Made by a program: the position numbers and the translations under genes. The notes under the pieces were generated by a model. The model ran no database searches and had not been told where the DNA came from. It saw only the letters and a list, made by a program, of their open reading frames with translations. Of a stretch of 64,000 nt of DNA, positions 49,141 through 61,330 are shown in pieces. This stretch comes from Octopus sinensis. Taxonomy: Eukaryota. The stretch spans positions 90,582,001 to 90,646,000 of the forward strand of contig NC_042999.1 in the NCBI RefSeq assembly GCF_006345805.1, read 5' to 3'. Positions within the stretch are counted from its first letter, which is position 1, and every line of letters begins with the position of its first letter.

Positions 49141-49662
49141 AGGCTGGAGAGTACATCAGCCGAAACGTTGTCATAACAATAAACAAGGTGAGGACACCTA
49201 TCCGTCCTTTGTAAATAAAGTAGTGGGAAACTGGTAATTACTCATTTTGCCCCAGATACCAATTCTACCCCGGCGAAAAATATTGAGAAAGAAAGAAAGA
49301 TGAGGATTCGATCTATTGAAAGAACTTGTGAACATGAATGCAATAATTCTAAAGCTGAAAAAATACCTTTGTGCTGATCAGGGATGTAATTTAATAATGA
49401 AAACAAAATTTAAATTTTGGAACATTCCTTACTTGCAATTTTGTGAAATAAGACCAGTTTTCAATGCCTGACTGCAATAACGAAGTTTACAAGTAGCGAG
49501 TGCGTGTGTGTGAGTATGCGTGTGTGGCTTTATTTCACATCAGTCATTCGAAGGTCATTGTCTTGTCATGAGTTGAAACAAGGAATTTCAACCACAGACA
49601 GATTAAACCTCTTTCTTTCAATCTATTTCTTTATCTCTATATACATTCATATACACACAGAA

Positions 49663-49698
<36 letters not shown>

Positions 49699-50554
49699 TT
49701 TCGGGAGTAGAGTCTTTTTCCTTTTCTGTGTCATAGTGATACTAGTCCACAAATGGGGACTGATATCACTAAAGTAGAAACAAATCTATTGTTATTTTGA
49801 GACTGGTAGCAAGCTGGTGTTTTTTTTATTGTTGCCGCTAAAGTGGGAAAATTTATGGTCATTTAACGTTACAGAGATTCCATTACATTTTTTTAGGATG
49901 TCGAGATATTTGTAATTTGAAAGACAACCTCTTCATACAAAATTGCTGGGAGGTGGAATGGCCACCTTGAATTGAGTGCACCATATGCTTCGATATCAAG
50001 GGGGCCTATTATCGAGGAGGCTCGGAGCAATTGCACTCTTGGTACTCCCATAAATCCGGCCCTACCTACCAGTCTCTTTACTTTCTTTTTTTCACCTCCT
50101 TCAGTACTCATCTGTCGTATTCCTCCTTAACCATGCAAATTGGTTATACTGGAACAAACCGATTACATACAAGGTTTTAGAAAAATGCACCGCCCGCGAA
50201 TACAAGTGCATACATGCCGCACAGCCATGAAGCATTGAGAATAATTTTATGTATCTGACAACTTCCTATACAGGATTTAATGTTTGGTTATGTAACTACC
50301 ACTAAATCCTAAAATGAAATTTCGGTGGAATTTACAAACATTAATTATACTCGTCTTGAAGAATCTATATATCTATCTTTATATGTTTATGTGATGCGCA
50401 TCTTGCTTTTTGTTCCCAAATCCAGTATATGTGACCAGCAACGGTTTTCTTGTTCAGTTTTATTTCAAGATTTCTTGCCAATAGAGAAAGAGCCGGTTTG
50501 TATGTATGTATGTATGTATGTATGTATGTATGTATGTATATCTTTTACCAGCAT

Positions 50555-50700
50555 TTCGTTCATCTTTGCGTTCTGAGTTCAATTCGCAACGAGGTCGACT
50601 TTCAGGGTCGATAAAATAAGTATCAGTCGATCACTGAGATCGTTGTAATGGACTAACTCCCTCCTCTCAAATTCCAGGCCTTGTGCTCAACGTAAAAAGG
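50555..50700 (+). mobile_element. SINE family 2, partial
   Basis: CGTTCTGAGTTC...GAGGTCGACTTT...GGGTCGATAAAATAAGTATCAG. Confidence 0.8.
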
Positions 50701-50946
50701 ATATATTTATTTTTTCGCATACGTTCCTTCACTAAGACTTTTAAAATCTTTTTGGAAAAGTGTCACGAGCTTTGATGATAATTGTACTGCTCTGCATGAA
50801 TGAGGTCGTTCGATTTGTAGAATTATGTCTTCCTTTTAACTTCAGCAGACCTGTCGTTCTATCAGCAAGTTGGCTAAAAATACCTCATTTATAAATTTAG
50901 GTCCATATTTGTATACGATACTAATACCTTACACCTTTATTTAATG

Positions 50947-51389
50947 CTTGCAGTATCGCCCGGCGTTGCTCGGGTTTGTTTCGACCCTTTAGAATAGGCA
51001 TTTTTGAAAAGCAAAAAAATTGCATTATGTAGCTTGTTATTCCCTTTGAGTGAACATTTTTGAAAAGCAAAAAAATTGCATTATGTAGCTTGTTATTCCC
51101 TTTGAGTGAACATTTTTCTGGTTGAAATACACCGAAAAATGGCGACACAGCAGTCAAAAAATTGTAAAAAATTGAGTTTTTCATAGAAAAAAAGCACCTT
51201 TTTGATGTAAATAATTTTTGGTGTTAACATGGTCCGAATTGAATTTTTTCTTCCACGGAAGGAAGAGTTAGCCTTCTTCTATCATACTCTCAATCTTGGT
51301 CATTTTGTGCCGCAGGGTTTCGGAGATAGTGTTAGTTGAAGGCTACCAAACTTGCCATACACAGGCAACTTCAGCTTTATATATAGAGA
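50947..51389 (-). mobile_element. Non-autonomous Helitron
   Basis: Minus strand starts TCTCTATATATAAAG and ends with a GC hairpin (CCCGGCGTTGCTCGGG on +) plus CAAG, a decayed CTAG. It contains a 56-bp tandem duplication at about 51000-51115. Confidence 0.8.
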
Positions 51390-51409
51390 AATTTGATAAC
51401 ATTTTTCTG

Positions 51410-51590
51410 TTATAATATAATATTAATATTATCTATTAATATTAATTAATATTAATATATTAATATCATCTATTAATATTAATTAATATTAATATATTAA
51501 TATTATCTATTAATATTAATTAATATTAATATTAATTAATATTAATATATTAATATTATCTATTAATATTAATTAATATTAATATTATCT
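51410..51590. repeat. Near pure-AT palindromic minisatellite (about 35-bp unit)
   Basis: Repeats of ATTATCTATTAATATTAATTAATATTAATAT. Confidence 0.9.
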
Positions 51591-52471
51591 GTGTTATTAC
51601 AATATCAACAATGTTATATGTATCAATCGTACGACACCTCTCATATTCAAATGTGTATTCACTGAAATTTCAAACCTTTACTTCTTCCTCTACTTCTTTC
51701 AAATTAGCCACCTCATACATGCAGTTCACTCCTTGATTTTCTATCAGTTGTACTCTCTTCGGTATTTGTAGTTTAGTTCACGTCAGGAGGATTTAGACCT
51801 GTGGGAACAATAACTGAATATTTCATACTTGAAATTATCCATCCAGTTCTATTCTTGCCATATAATATTTTCGAACAAGCAGCATTATGCAGTGCAATGT
51901 AATATCGTGTTAAATACAGAATCCAACCCATTTATCCATCCCCATTCCTCAGCGGATCCCACCACTCCATGTAATCCTCTTTGCCAACGTATTATATTAC
52001 GATTCTGTATTGACATTCATCTTCATTTATGAAATATTTCTTTTCTTTCTCATTTTCTCATTTTTCTTAAAACATTTTCGTTATAACTATATGGTTTGCG
52101 TGCTCATGTGTGCGTACGTACGCATGGTTTTCTGCGTGTATGCCGACGCACAAAGACAAGTCTCTCTCTCTCTCTTTATATATGGCCCCAGCCTTAGGGC
52201 TGATACACATAACAACATATATGAGTGTGTATGTGTGTGTTTGTACATATTTACACACACACACATGCACATACACACAATTATTTTTTGGAATAATGGA
52301 TCAGGAAGCAACTATAGATAATAACGTAAATACTGGGTTGAAAAACCATTTTTAGATAGAAAAAGTTGAAGGTTGCTGGTGGGACACGAACTCACGTATG
52401 TTTTCTTGAAAGTTTATAAAATCCTTATGACGCTAACAATACATACCTACGTTCATACATATATATATTTA

Positions 52472-52869
52472 CTAGCAGTATCGCCCGGCGTTGCTCGGGT
52501 TTGTAAGGGAAATAACTATATAAGCATTTTTAGAGAGTTATAGCCAAAAAATAGCAAAAAATGCATTAAAAATGGAAAACAAATTAAGGTAAATTTTTTT
52601 TTTAAATCGTTGACACATCGTAGATATTTTTAGAGAGTTACTTCCCTTATATAATAGCGAAAGAAATGCATTAAAATGGAAAAATATGATAGTACATTTT
52701 TTTTAAATCGTAGACTCATCGTAGACGCACGCTAATACCCAGAAGGGCTCGATATGAATCACGACTATAAGATACCCGGTTTTGGTTACACTGCACCGCA
52801 AAATGTGGGAGTAGTTAGGAATCTAAATCGTAGGAGACAGACACACAACTTCACTTTTATATATAAAGA
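52472..52869 (-). mobile_element. Non-autonomous Helitron with canonical termini
   Basis: Minus strand 5' TC at 52869-52868 after A; 3' hairpin then CTAG at 52475-52472 followed by T. A^T insertion site, no TSD. Confidence 0.9.
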
Positions 52870-53129
52870 TATAAGCCACGTAGTTATATACACATACTTT
52901 GTTATATACACATTCTTAAAAGAAAATGTTATTTTGAACACAACATTTATAAAGAATAAAATATTTTTTGGTTTTTCTTTTAAACGGATGCATACATTTA
53001 TTAATAACTATATATAAGTGTCGTCTGTTTATACATAAACACTGTTTCATACTGCAAGCTCGGCTCGCCAATTAATACTACCAAAAATTAACGACAGAAA
53101 GTAAAATAAAAACCAATTTACCTTTTCTG

Positions 53130-53891
53130 TATTGTTATAGCAATTCGACCGTCCGTGTGTCTTTGCAAATGTGTTGGAATGAGAAGTGAGTTGTGTTTTG
53201 GCGCCTTTTTTACTAATAACAAACACACACGTGTTTGTATGTAGTTGTTTGAAACGTTTGTGTTGTCACTGTCATATATGTATGTGTATGCGTGTGTGTG
53301 AGGAATGACACACACACACTCACGCACGCACACATGTACATCAATGCTTTCGGAGTGAAATGTTAAAATATTGAGTTTTCTCGAATTTTGTCTTAATTGG
53401 GGGTAAAATTGAAAGAAATTTTGTATGGCATGACCCAATGGAAGTACTTTGAAAAATCATGGGTAAACTCTAATTGAAGAAATTGTGTGAGGAGTAAATC
53501 GTTATGTATTTATTTGTTTCTGTTTGCTGTGTTTTTTTTTTTAGTAGTTTTATCGAAATAGTTTCACTTTAATCGTTGCAAACTTGCAAAGAGAAAGTCG
53601 TAGAAATTAGAGTGATAGCGTGAGTGAATCAGATCGCTCCCTTTTTGTGTGTGTGTGTGTGCGTGTGCTATAGCCCACACTAAGAAAAGCACTTGACTCA
53701 CACACCACAATGTGAGTTTACTCTAAATTTTGCTTAATTGGGGTTGAAATTTTTAAAAACTGGACTTGGCACGACCCGATGCATTCTACTCTTAAAAATG
53801 CTAGGTAAATTGTAATTGAAGAAATCCTATATTGTAGATTTCATCAAGAGACAAAGGGAGGCAGATAAAATCTGCCTTTTATAATAAGAGA
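53130..53891 (-). mobile_element. Probable non-autonomous Helitron (3' end uncertain)
   Basis: 5' A|TCTCTTATTATAAAAGGCAGATTTTATCTGCC; internal diverged duplication (about 53390-53490 vs 53730-53830). Confidence 0.55.
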
Positions 53892-55030
53892 TACATACTG
53901 ATATGGAGGTCAGTTCGGAGGCTGAGTGCTGCGACCTACTTTTGTGATCTGGTGTCAGGGAGACGGGTAGATCTTTTGTCCTGTCGGTTTTTGGGGAGGT
54001 TTATGTATTCGGAGGAGACCTTTGGCCTTGTTCCGGTCAAAGAAAGTTCGAGAAACCACCTCTTTAAAACGCGACGCGCTGGGAGTTTGGCGGTCAGTTG
54101 GAGTCGGCAGTTGGGATTGTAGGCAGTCGGCCGGCAGTTTTGGCCAGAGACGGGAGTGATACGGACGGTCAGCCAAGAAGGTGGCGATGGCGAAGGCAGC
54201 TACATCGTTGAGAAAGACAGTGAGAGGACGGAGAGCGAGAGAGAGGGATTACGGCGGATAGAAGGCAGTGGCTATTATGGTAGTAATTTCTGAAATTGTT
54301 GCAGACTGGAAAGAAACGTTCGGTAAAGTTTTGTTTGTGTCTTTTGGTTGTTGTATTTTGATGTGAAATGTAAAAGAAAAAGAATTGACGTGGTGAAAAA
54401 AAGAGTTGTTAAAGAAAAAGAATTGATGTGTAAAAAAAAAAGAGAGGAGGAAGAAGTACTGAATTAAGGAAAAGAGAAATGTAAAAGAAATGAGATTGTA
54501 AAAAGAACATTGTGAAAAGGACTGTGTCGTTGAGTTGTGATAAAGACTGTTGAAAAAGAAAGAAAGAGAAAGACATTATTTGATTTGAACTGTTGTCTCT
54601 GTACTGTATCTGCATGCTTTGATTTGTTGTTTCCTTGTTTTCTTGCATGTATTTTCTTTGATGTATTTGATGTTGTAATGATTGTCATAAACTGTTGTTA
54701 AACGTAAGCCAATTGCCTTCCGCCGTCTCTCTCTGTATCTCTTCCTGCTATTGTTGTTGTTGTTCTCTCCGGTCGCCGGTTGCCGGGTTCGCTGCTACCT
54801 TCCTCCACCGAGTCCTCTCATTCCGTGGCGAATTCCCCGAGCGACTGGGCCGGTGCAATCGTCGTCGCTCGACTTGGTAGGGTCCCGGGTTTCCGAAGAG
54901 TTTGAGCGACGGCAGGTGGGATACGTAACAATACATATCTACATGCTTATGTACGTATGTATACTCATATATATGCGTATGTTAGTGTATGAATGTATCA
55001 GTGTGCATGCCTATGCAAATGCACGATATA

Positions 55031-55970
55031 CGAGGTGCGACCAAAAGGTATCCAACTTTATTTTTTCCCGCCAAAGCTAATTCCACGAAGGCAAAATCCT
55101 TTGGGTGGGACGTGACGCCACCCTTCGTACGCACACGAGCGAAAATTTTCGCGCCGCTAGGCTACGTCAGCTCCCGACTGGATGTTACTCCTCGAGTGCA
55201 GATGTGTTGTGTGAGCTCGTCAGATTTTCGTTTTCATGTAAGGTAACTGGACGCATCGAGCTGGGCTATTGCACTAAGATTAGCCAAAAGCAGTGTAATA
55301 TTCAAGGTCAAACCATCCAGAAGATTCAGCAGGCATTTGGGGATGATTCCATAGGCTAAACTCAGATCAAGGAGTGGTGCAACTTCTTCAAACAATGGCC
55401 GCTCGTCAATGGAGAGCGAAAGATGCTCGGGCAGGCCACTCACAAGCCGAAACGAAGAGCCAACTGAAATGGTTCGATGAACAGTCAGGGAAGACCATGC
55501 TGTAACAATCCAGGAAATTACTCACGAAGTGGGAATAAGCACAGGATCAGTGGATTCTATTTTAACGGAAGATTTGTGCAAGCGGAGTGTATCGGCGAAA
55601 AAAAATAAGTCGGATACTTTTTGAATGTACCTCGTAATCCAAACGTTCCTAGTCAAGGACAACGGACCACTTATTCGAAAGGTTCCCTACTCTCTTGACT
55701 TGGTACCGTGTGATTTCTGACTCTACACAGACTGAAAATCACACTGAAAAGGGAGCGATTTTAGTTGCGAGAGGAAATTATAAGAAAAGCGACGGTGGAG
55801 CTTCATAGTATTCGGGAGAAGGCGATCGAGAGGTGTTACTAGGAGTGGCAGAACAGATGGGAGAAATGTGTGAACTCCTAAGTGGAGTATTTTGAAGGTG
55901 ATTAAAACAGAATTGTGAAATGGACAACTTTTTTATACTCAAAGGTCATATACTTTTTGAACACATCTCG
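55031..55970 (+). mobile_element. Degenerate, internally deleted mariner
   Basis: TA-flanked imperfect TIRs CGAGGTGCGACCAAAAGGTAT and CGAGATGTGTTCAAAAAGTAT; HTH remnant QKIQQAFGDD...KEW...GRSS...SGRP, TEDL; C-terminus RWEKCV...EYFEGD. Confidence 0.9.
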
Positions 55971-55972
55971 TA

Positions 55973-56356
55973 TCTTACTCTTACTCTCTTTTGCTCTTTT
56001 ACTTGTTTCCGTCATTTGACTGCGGCCATGCTGGAGCACCGCCTTTAGTCGAGAAAATCGACCCCAGGACTTATTCTTTGTAAGCCTAGTACGTATTCTA
56101 TCGGTCACTTTTACCGAACCGCTAAGCTACGGGGACGTAAACACTCCAACATCAGTTGTCAAGCGATATTGGGGGACAAACACACACACATATATACGAC
56201 GGGCTTCTTTGAGTTTCCGTCTACCAAATCCACTCACAAGGCTTTGGTCGGCCTGAGGCTATAGTAGAAGACACCCAAAGTGCCACGCAGCGGAACTGAA
56301 CCCGGAAGCATGAGGTTGGTAAGCAAACTACTTACCACGCAGCTACTCCTGCGCCT
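55973..56356 (-). mobile_element. Full-length SINE family 1
   Basis: Head AGGCGCAGGAGTAGCTGCGTGGTAAG, CORE-like segment, tail GGCGGTGCTCCAGCATGGCCGCAGTC followed by (GAGTAA)-like repeats. Confidence 0.92.
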
Positions 56357-56779
56357 CTTTATTTATTTACGAATTGTCTATTATATCGAGTAATTACCCT
56401 TCTTATTTTCTTAACTGGACCTTGCTTAATCACTCTAGGTTAATCACATTAAATTATACGAGACTGTTAGCCAATAGGACGCATTGCCTTTCTGTGATAT
56501 TGCATTTAGCTAAATCAGCCTGTTAACAAAATATCTTTTTGCTTGCTTAACTTTAAACTAGATAACAACATACTTTTGATTTATGTAGTTCGTACTGCTT
56601 TGTTCCAGGGTATCACATTATCCTTAAAAAATGTGTTCTGTCTCTTCATGTTAAACCCCACTTAAAGAAATATGCTAATAAATAATCCTTATCTCGTATG
56701 ACAAACTTTTTCACTTATATCCAATGTTTTATTTTTTTGTTTTGGGAACAGAAAGAATAAAATCTCAAACCGATGATAA

Positions 56780-57110
56780 AATTATGCGTCAGAAGGAACT
56801 CTAACGTCTATCAAATGTTAAATTAGGCATGCATGTACCGTTTGCCGTTGAAACGGACACCTCTAAGGTCATTATTGGGGCTACACTTAATCTAAATGAG
56901 TGGCCTTTAGCATTCCTTTCTCGGCTAAATTCTGTCGAGCAAAATCGTTATTACACAATAGTTAAGGCTGTCATAAAGTGGTGTCACTTTCTTTTTGATG
57001 AGCGATACGATAAAAATAAAAGAATATCACACTGGCTATTAGAATTCATGAGGTTCAATTGTGAAATCTAACATCTCTGTAGATCTTTCAAAGTGCCTTG
57101 GATGAAATTT
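56780..57110 (+). mobile_element. Ty3/Gypsy RNase H remnant
   Basis: PFAVETDTSKVIIGATL...PLAFLSRL...VKAVIKWCHFL...KISHW-like RISHWLLEF matches the ETDAS...SR.L...W.H.L...RW.L pattern. Confidence 0.8.
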
Positions 57111-57469
57111 CCAGTAAATTTCGTGGTGCCGCTTTGCAGAGTAAACTTTGAGAAATATACAAATATTTATAACAAAACTTATTGAGCCTGGAAGATTGGG
57201 AGTTGCTATGGTCTTTGCAAGCTCTCTTAGACTGTGAATTTGATGCTACTTATGTTCTGCTTAAACTGCTATAGGCTAACACCCACAGGAAAGACACGAG
57301 CGGGGAGAAAATTCCAGAGGCACGATGTTCTTGGTGGAAAGTATAAGGTAAAACGATTAGCGCTGGATTGAAGGGGCTGGATGCACCAAGATTGGACTTT
57401 ACATAGTTGATACATTTTCTTCGATTTGAAGCTTCATATATTCAGTGTGTGGCATTAAGTATAGTTTAA

Positions 57470-57900
57470 TATTGGTTTCAAATTTTGGCAGAAGGCCAGT
57501 AAGTTTGGGGGAAGGGCTTATGTTGATTAGATTGACCCCAGTACTGAACTGGTACTTATTTTATCGACCCCGAAGGGATTAAAGGCATAGTCGATCTCGG
57601 TGGAATTTGAACTCATATCGTAAAGACGGACAAAATGCCGTAAACATTTTACCCAGTGTGCTCACGATTCTGCTAGATGGCAGCTTTGAGTGTAGTTTAA
57701 TATACTTTCTACAATAGGTACAAGGCCTGAAATTTTGGGGGAGTGTGCTAGTCGATTACATCGATACCAATGTGTAACTGGTATTTATTTCATCGACCCT
57801 AAAAGGATGAAAAGTAAAGCCGACCTCGGCGGAATTTGAACTCAGAACGTAATGACGGATGAAATGCTGTTAACGATTCCGCTAGATTGCCGCTTTGAGT
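57470..57900 (-). mobile_element. Two adjacent SINE family 2 copies
   Basis: Two GGTACTTATTT...GAATTTGAACTCA...ACGATTC modules. Confidence 0.85.
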
Positions 57901-58679
57901 GCAGTTTGATATCGATGCTACATTTGTCTGAAGTTATAACAACAACGATATCACCAAATTCATGCCCTCTGTTAACTGCGTAAGCAGTGATTTTAAGAGT
58001 TTACTGACTTCAAGAAATAAATATCGATTTATTGTTATCGATTTATTGTTGTCGGTAAATATTCTCTTTCCATTTGCTTTCTTTTCTCAACAGTTTTACC
58101 TCGACTGTCATTACTTGGTTGGCTATGTTATTCTCTCTTTTTGACTTTTCCTGGATATATCAACTCGGATCGAAGAACTTTCGTTATGTATTCCGAATAG
58201 GTCTTTTGTGCATTGCTGGGATATTTCAGTGAATTACTCAATTCCATACCACCCTGAAACAAATACTTTGAATGTTATTTTGGTATCATCTGGAAAATTG
58301 GCATCACATGTATAGGGTTTGAAGTCACAACTTAAGATCAAATTCCACACATGAAGGTTTAAATTTTCTATTAGAAATCTTCGATACAACAATACAAATG
58401 AGAATACTAATCGTTATTTCTAAGATAGGAATAATGTCACAAGTATTGAACTAAGAACGATAAAAAGTAAAGTTAAACATAGCGAAATTTGAACTCAGAA
58501 CATCAGTGCACACGCGCATACATGCATCCACAATTGTATGAACGCACATATACACATGTATCTGCATGAGTGCGTGTGCCTATATAAAAAAATATTTGCG
58601 ATTTGTTATTTATTTACATATCACACACACGTTTCTTCTATTTACATATCACACAGACACACAGACACACAGACACACA

Positions 58680-58716
<37 letters not shown>

Positions 58717-59194
58717 ACATATGCATATTTGCAATGTGGGCGAAAAATGAGAAGTAAAGCTTTACATTTAATTAAAACATTCAGTGAGTTACAGAATTTG
58801 CTTGAAGCCAGCAGAATATTCTGCAAACTTTATTATATCGTACTTTAGCGTGAGGAAACTTTATTGGTGGCTGGTATCTAAGCAACGTAACTATCTGTAA
58901 TATTTCCCTTCGCTTCATGCTGAATTGATCATCTGCTATCACGTTTCAGGATATCACTGGGGAAAGGTAGTGAGTGAAGAGAGAGAGAAATGTGTTGAAG
59001 TGGAAACATATAAACAGATAGATAGATAAATAATTTAGTTAGAGAGTAGGAGAGAGACAGTGTGTGATTAAATGAGAAGAAAAGAAGTAATGATAAAAAT
59101 TGAGAATTACTCTGGATGAGAAAGAACAAAATATAAGGAAATGGGACGCAGAATGAAAGAAAGAGAGTGTGTATGTGTATTGTTATACAAAATG

Positions 59195-59590
59195 AGCTGA
59201 AGTCGGTGAGTTGGCAGAATCGTTAGCGTCTCGGTCAAAAATTCTTTCCGGTATGTCATCTGACTTTTTGCGTTCAAAAATCGGTTTTGTTTTCTTTCCC
59301 CCGGTGTCGATAAAATTAAGTACCTGTCTGGTAAAGGTTTCGAGTACTCTCCATCCCCTCAAAAAATTGTTGTTCTTGTGCCTAAATTAAAAACCGTTCT
59401 AAAGTCAAAGACCTGCCGGAAAGATGCTTTGTTGTATTTCTTCCTCTTTTTATGTTCTGAGTTCAAATTCTACCTCAGCCAACGTTCCCTCTATTAATTT
59501 GAATTCGAGAAAATAGAGTACCAGCCAAGTACTGAATTCAATAGTATCCTCAAATTAAGCTGATTTTGTTCCTAAATTAGAAACCATCAT
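59195..59590 (+). mobile_element. Two degenerate SINE family 2 copies
   Basis: TTGGCAGAATCGTTAGC...GTCGATAAAATTAAGTACC; second copy TTCTGAGTTCAAATTC...AGTACCAG. Confidence 0.65.
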
Positions 59591-59999
59591 AAGTGTAAGA
59601 AACCACTTTTATTGTTTTTTTTATGAACGTACAAGATTTTACCGAACTTCACTTAAAATATATTTTCTTCCGGAATTACTTGAAAATAAAATAAATGTTC
59701 ATCTTCGGACATTTTTATTGTGTACACATATTTTCAAGCATACACTTTGATTTGTTTATTAGTGATTTATTATGATCATTTCAATATGGGATAGTAGGAC
59801 AAATATGCACCACTCAAAAAATTTTGAAAGCATAACTGATTTACAATGCTAAACAAAAAAATGACAAGTAATCATCTAATACGGTTTTGACAAATGCAAG
59901 CATAAATGAAATATTCACAAAGGTACGCCTACCACTAACAACAATAACAATGATAACACTGACAACACTAACCCACTTTTGTTTGTATTGCAAGGGATA

Positions 60000-61330
60000 A
60001 GAAATACAAGACATCATTCAACTTCAAGTAATAGAAGAAACGTGGAAGAGATATGTCAAAAAAGTGGTAAACTGGTAGGAATTTGTCCAGGAGACAGTGA
60101 TATAAAAGATGACATGCCTCTGTTAATTTAAAAAAGAAACAGGAGAACTTTGCGTATTTTCTCGAAAGAAGAGTTGGATGATTCTCTGAACGATATGTGA
60201 CAGAATTCGTTCGCTATTGGTAGATATACTCGCAAAGGAAGCGCGTACCAGTTATTTAAGATCGAAAACAAGGCGATGAGACAGGCATAGCTGGTGGGTT
60301 ACTGTCTGTCAAGACGCTGGTATTGTAGTGAATAGGGAAAAGAAATTGGGAAGTCCTGTCCCCCAGATATTTGTACTGACGTTTACCCTCGGATTGTCAA
60401 ATTTTGTGGCACAGTTCGGGCAAGAGATGCGCAGCGATGATCAACAGTATGTGGTCGGTACCGCCAAGTTTCCCCAACCATAAGAATATCCTGGAGCTGT
60501 ACCCAGTTGATTATGATTGGGCGTTTGGCACCTGAAATATCGTTAGGTGCGCGCTGTTCTCTACCACTCGGGTAATGAACTCGGAGGTAGTTCTAAACGA
60601 ACTATATATAGAGATCTAGTTGTGGGTAAGAGCAATGACGTTCTCATGGAAATATAGGGCATCCACGGGGATGAACTAGATGGTCTACTTCGGTGGACTC
60701 CCAGGCTACAGACATCTATAGATACCTTTCAAAAAATTATAAACTGACAGTGCTATCGAGGGGCACTGCCAGGTAGACGGAAGTACTGTCAGATGTAACT
60801 ATCCGAGATGCGTTCCGATCGACAAAACTGGGCTGTATTCACTCATGCAGTGCCTGACTATTGTTGATATATACAGTTATGTCGAACGGCTTTTGACGCA
60901 TATAGGATAAATTCGACTATCGGCCGAATACATCGTATTGATCACCTTTAATAAGGTAGGACAGACAGCGTTCCTCTGTTTAGTGGCTGTGGTGAAAGAG
61001 GTTGTGTGGTGGACGAGGCTGAAAGTATTGAGGATAGACTTGTTCCTCTTTGATCAAATCCTCATTGACTTATAAAGTTCTGCTTGTAAAGGAAAGTGAG
61101 AGTGGAGAGGAAAGTGCTCTCCTACTGGGAATTTGTCAATAGGGGGGTAGCTGTGGAAAAAATGGTTTGGGTGAATGTACTCACTCTGAGAATGCGTCAA
61201 TAGATTGGAGAACGAGAGGTGGGCGAGAACTTTTATCCTTGGTGATCAGAATGAAGCTGGATCTGTAGGGTACCTTAGTTGAAGGTTGTCCTTTATCAGG
61301 AAGACTGCATCATCCCTCCCCTCCCATTTC
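60000..61330 (-). mobile_element. Ancient decayed L2/CR1/Jockey-group RT remnant
   Basis: GC-richer stretch with faint motifs (GEH.., KPFD for KAFD, AVP for GVP, QRHVIFY); no intact frame. Confidence 0.4.

Larger units (their letters stand above)
47971..49222 (+). mobile_element. 5'-truncated Penelope-like element with inverted terminal repeats
   Basis: Arms at 47971-48192 and 49019-49222. Interior DNQLAFLGVLI...TSVYRKPTFTG, NNYP, CLPYF, CVYSIPCSCGRLCKGETYRLLKERVEEH (GIY-YIG). Confidence 0.93.

Noticed and set aside
49893-50111. 72-aa ORF, or hAT-like MITE end (AGGGCCGGATT on the minus strand)
   Set aside because: No matching second TIR was found and there is no protein motif.
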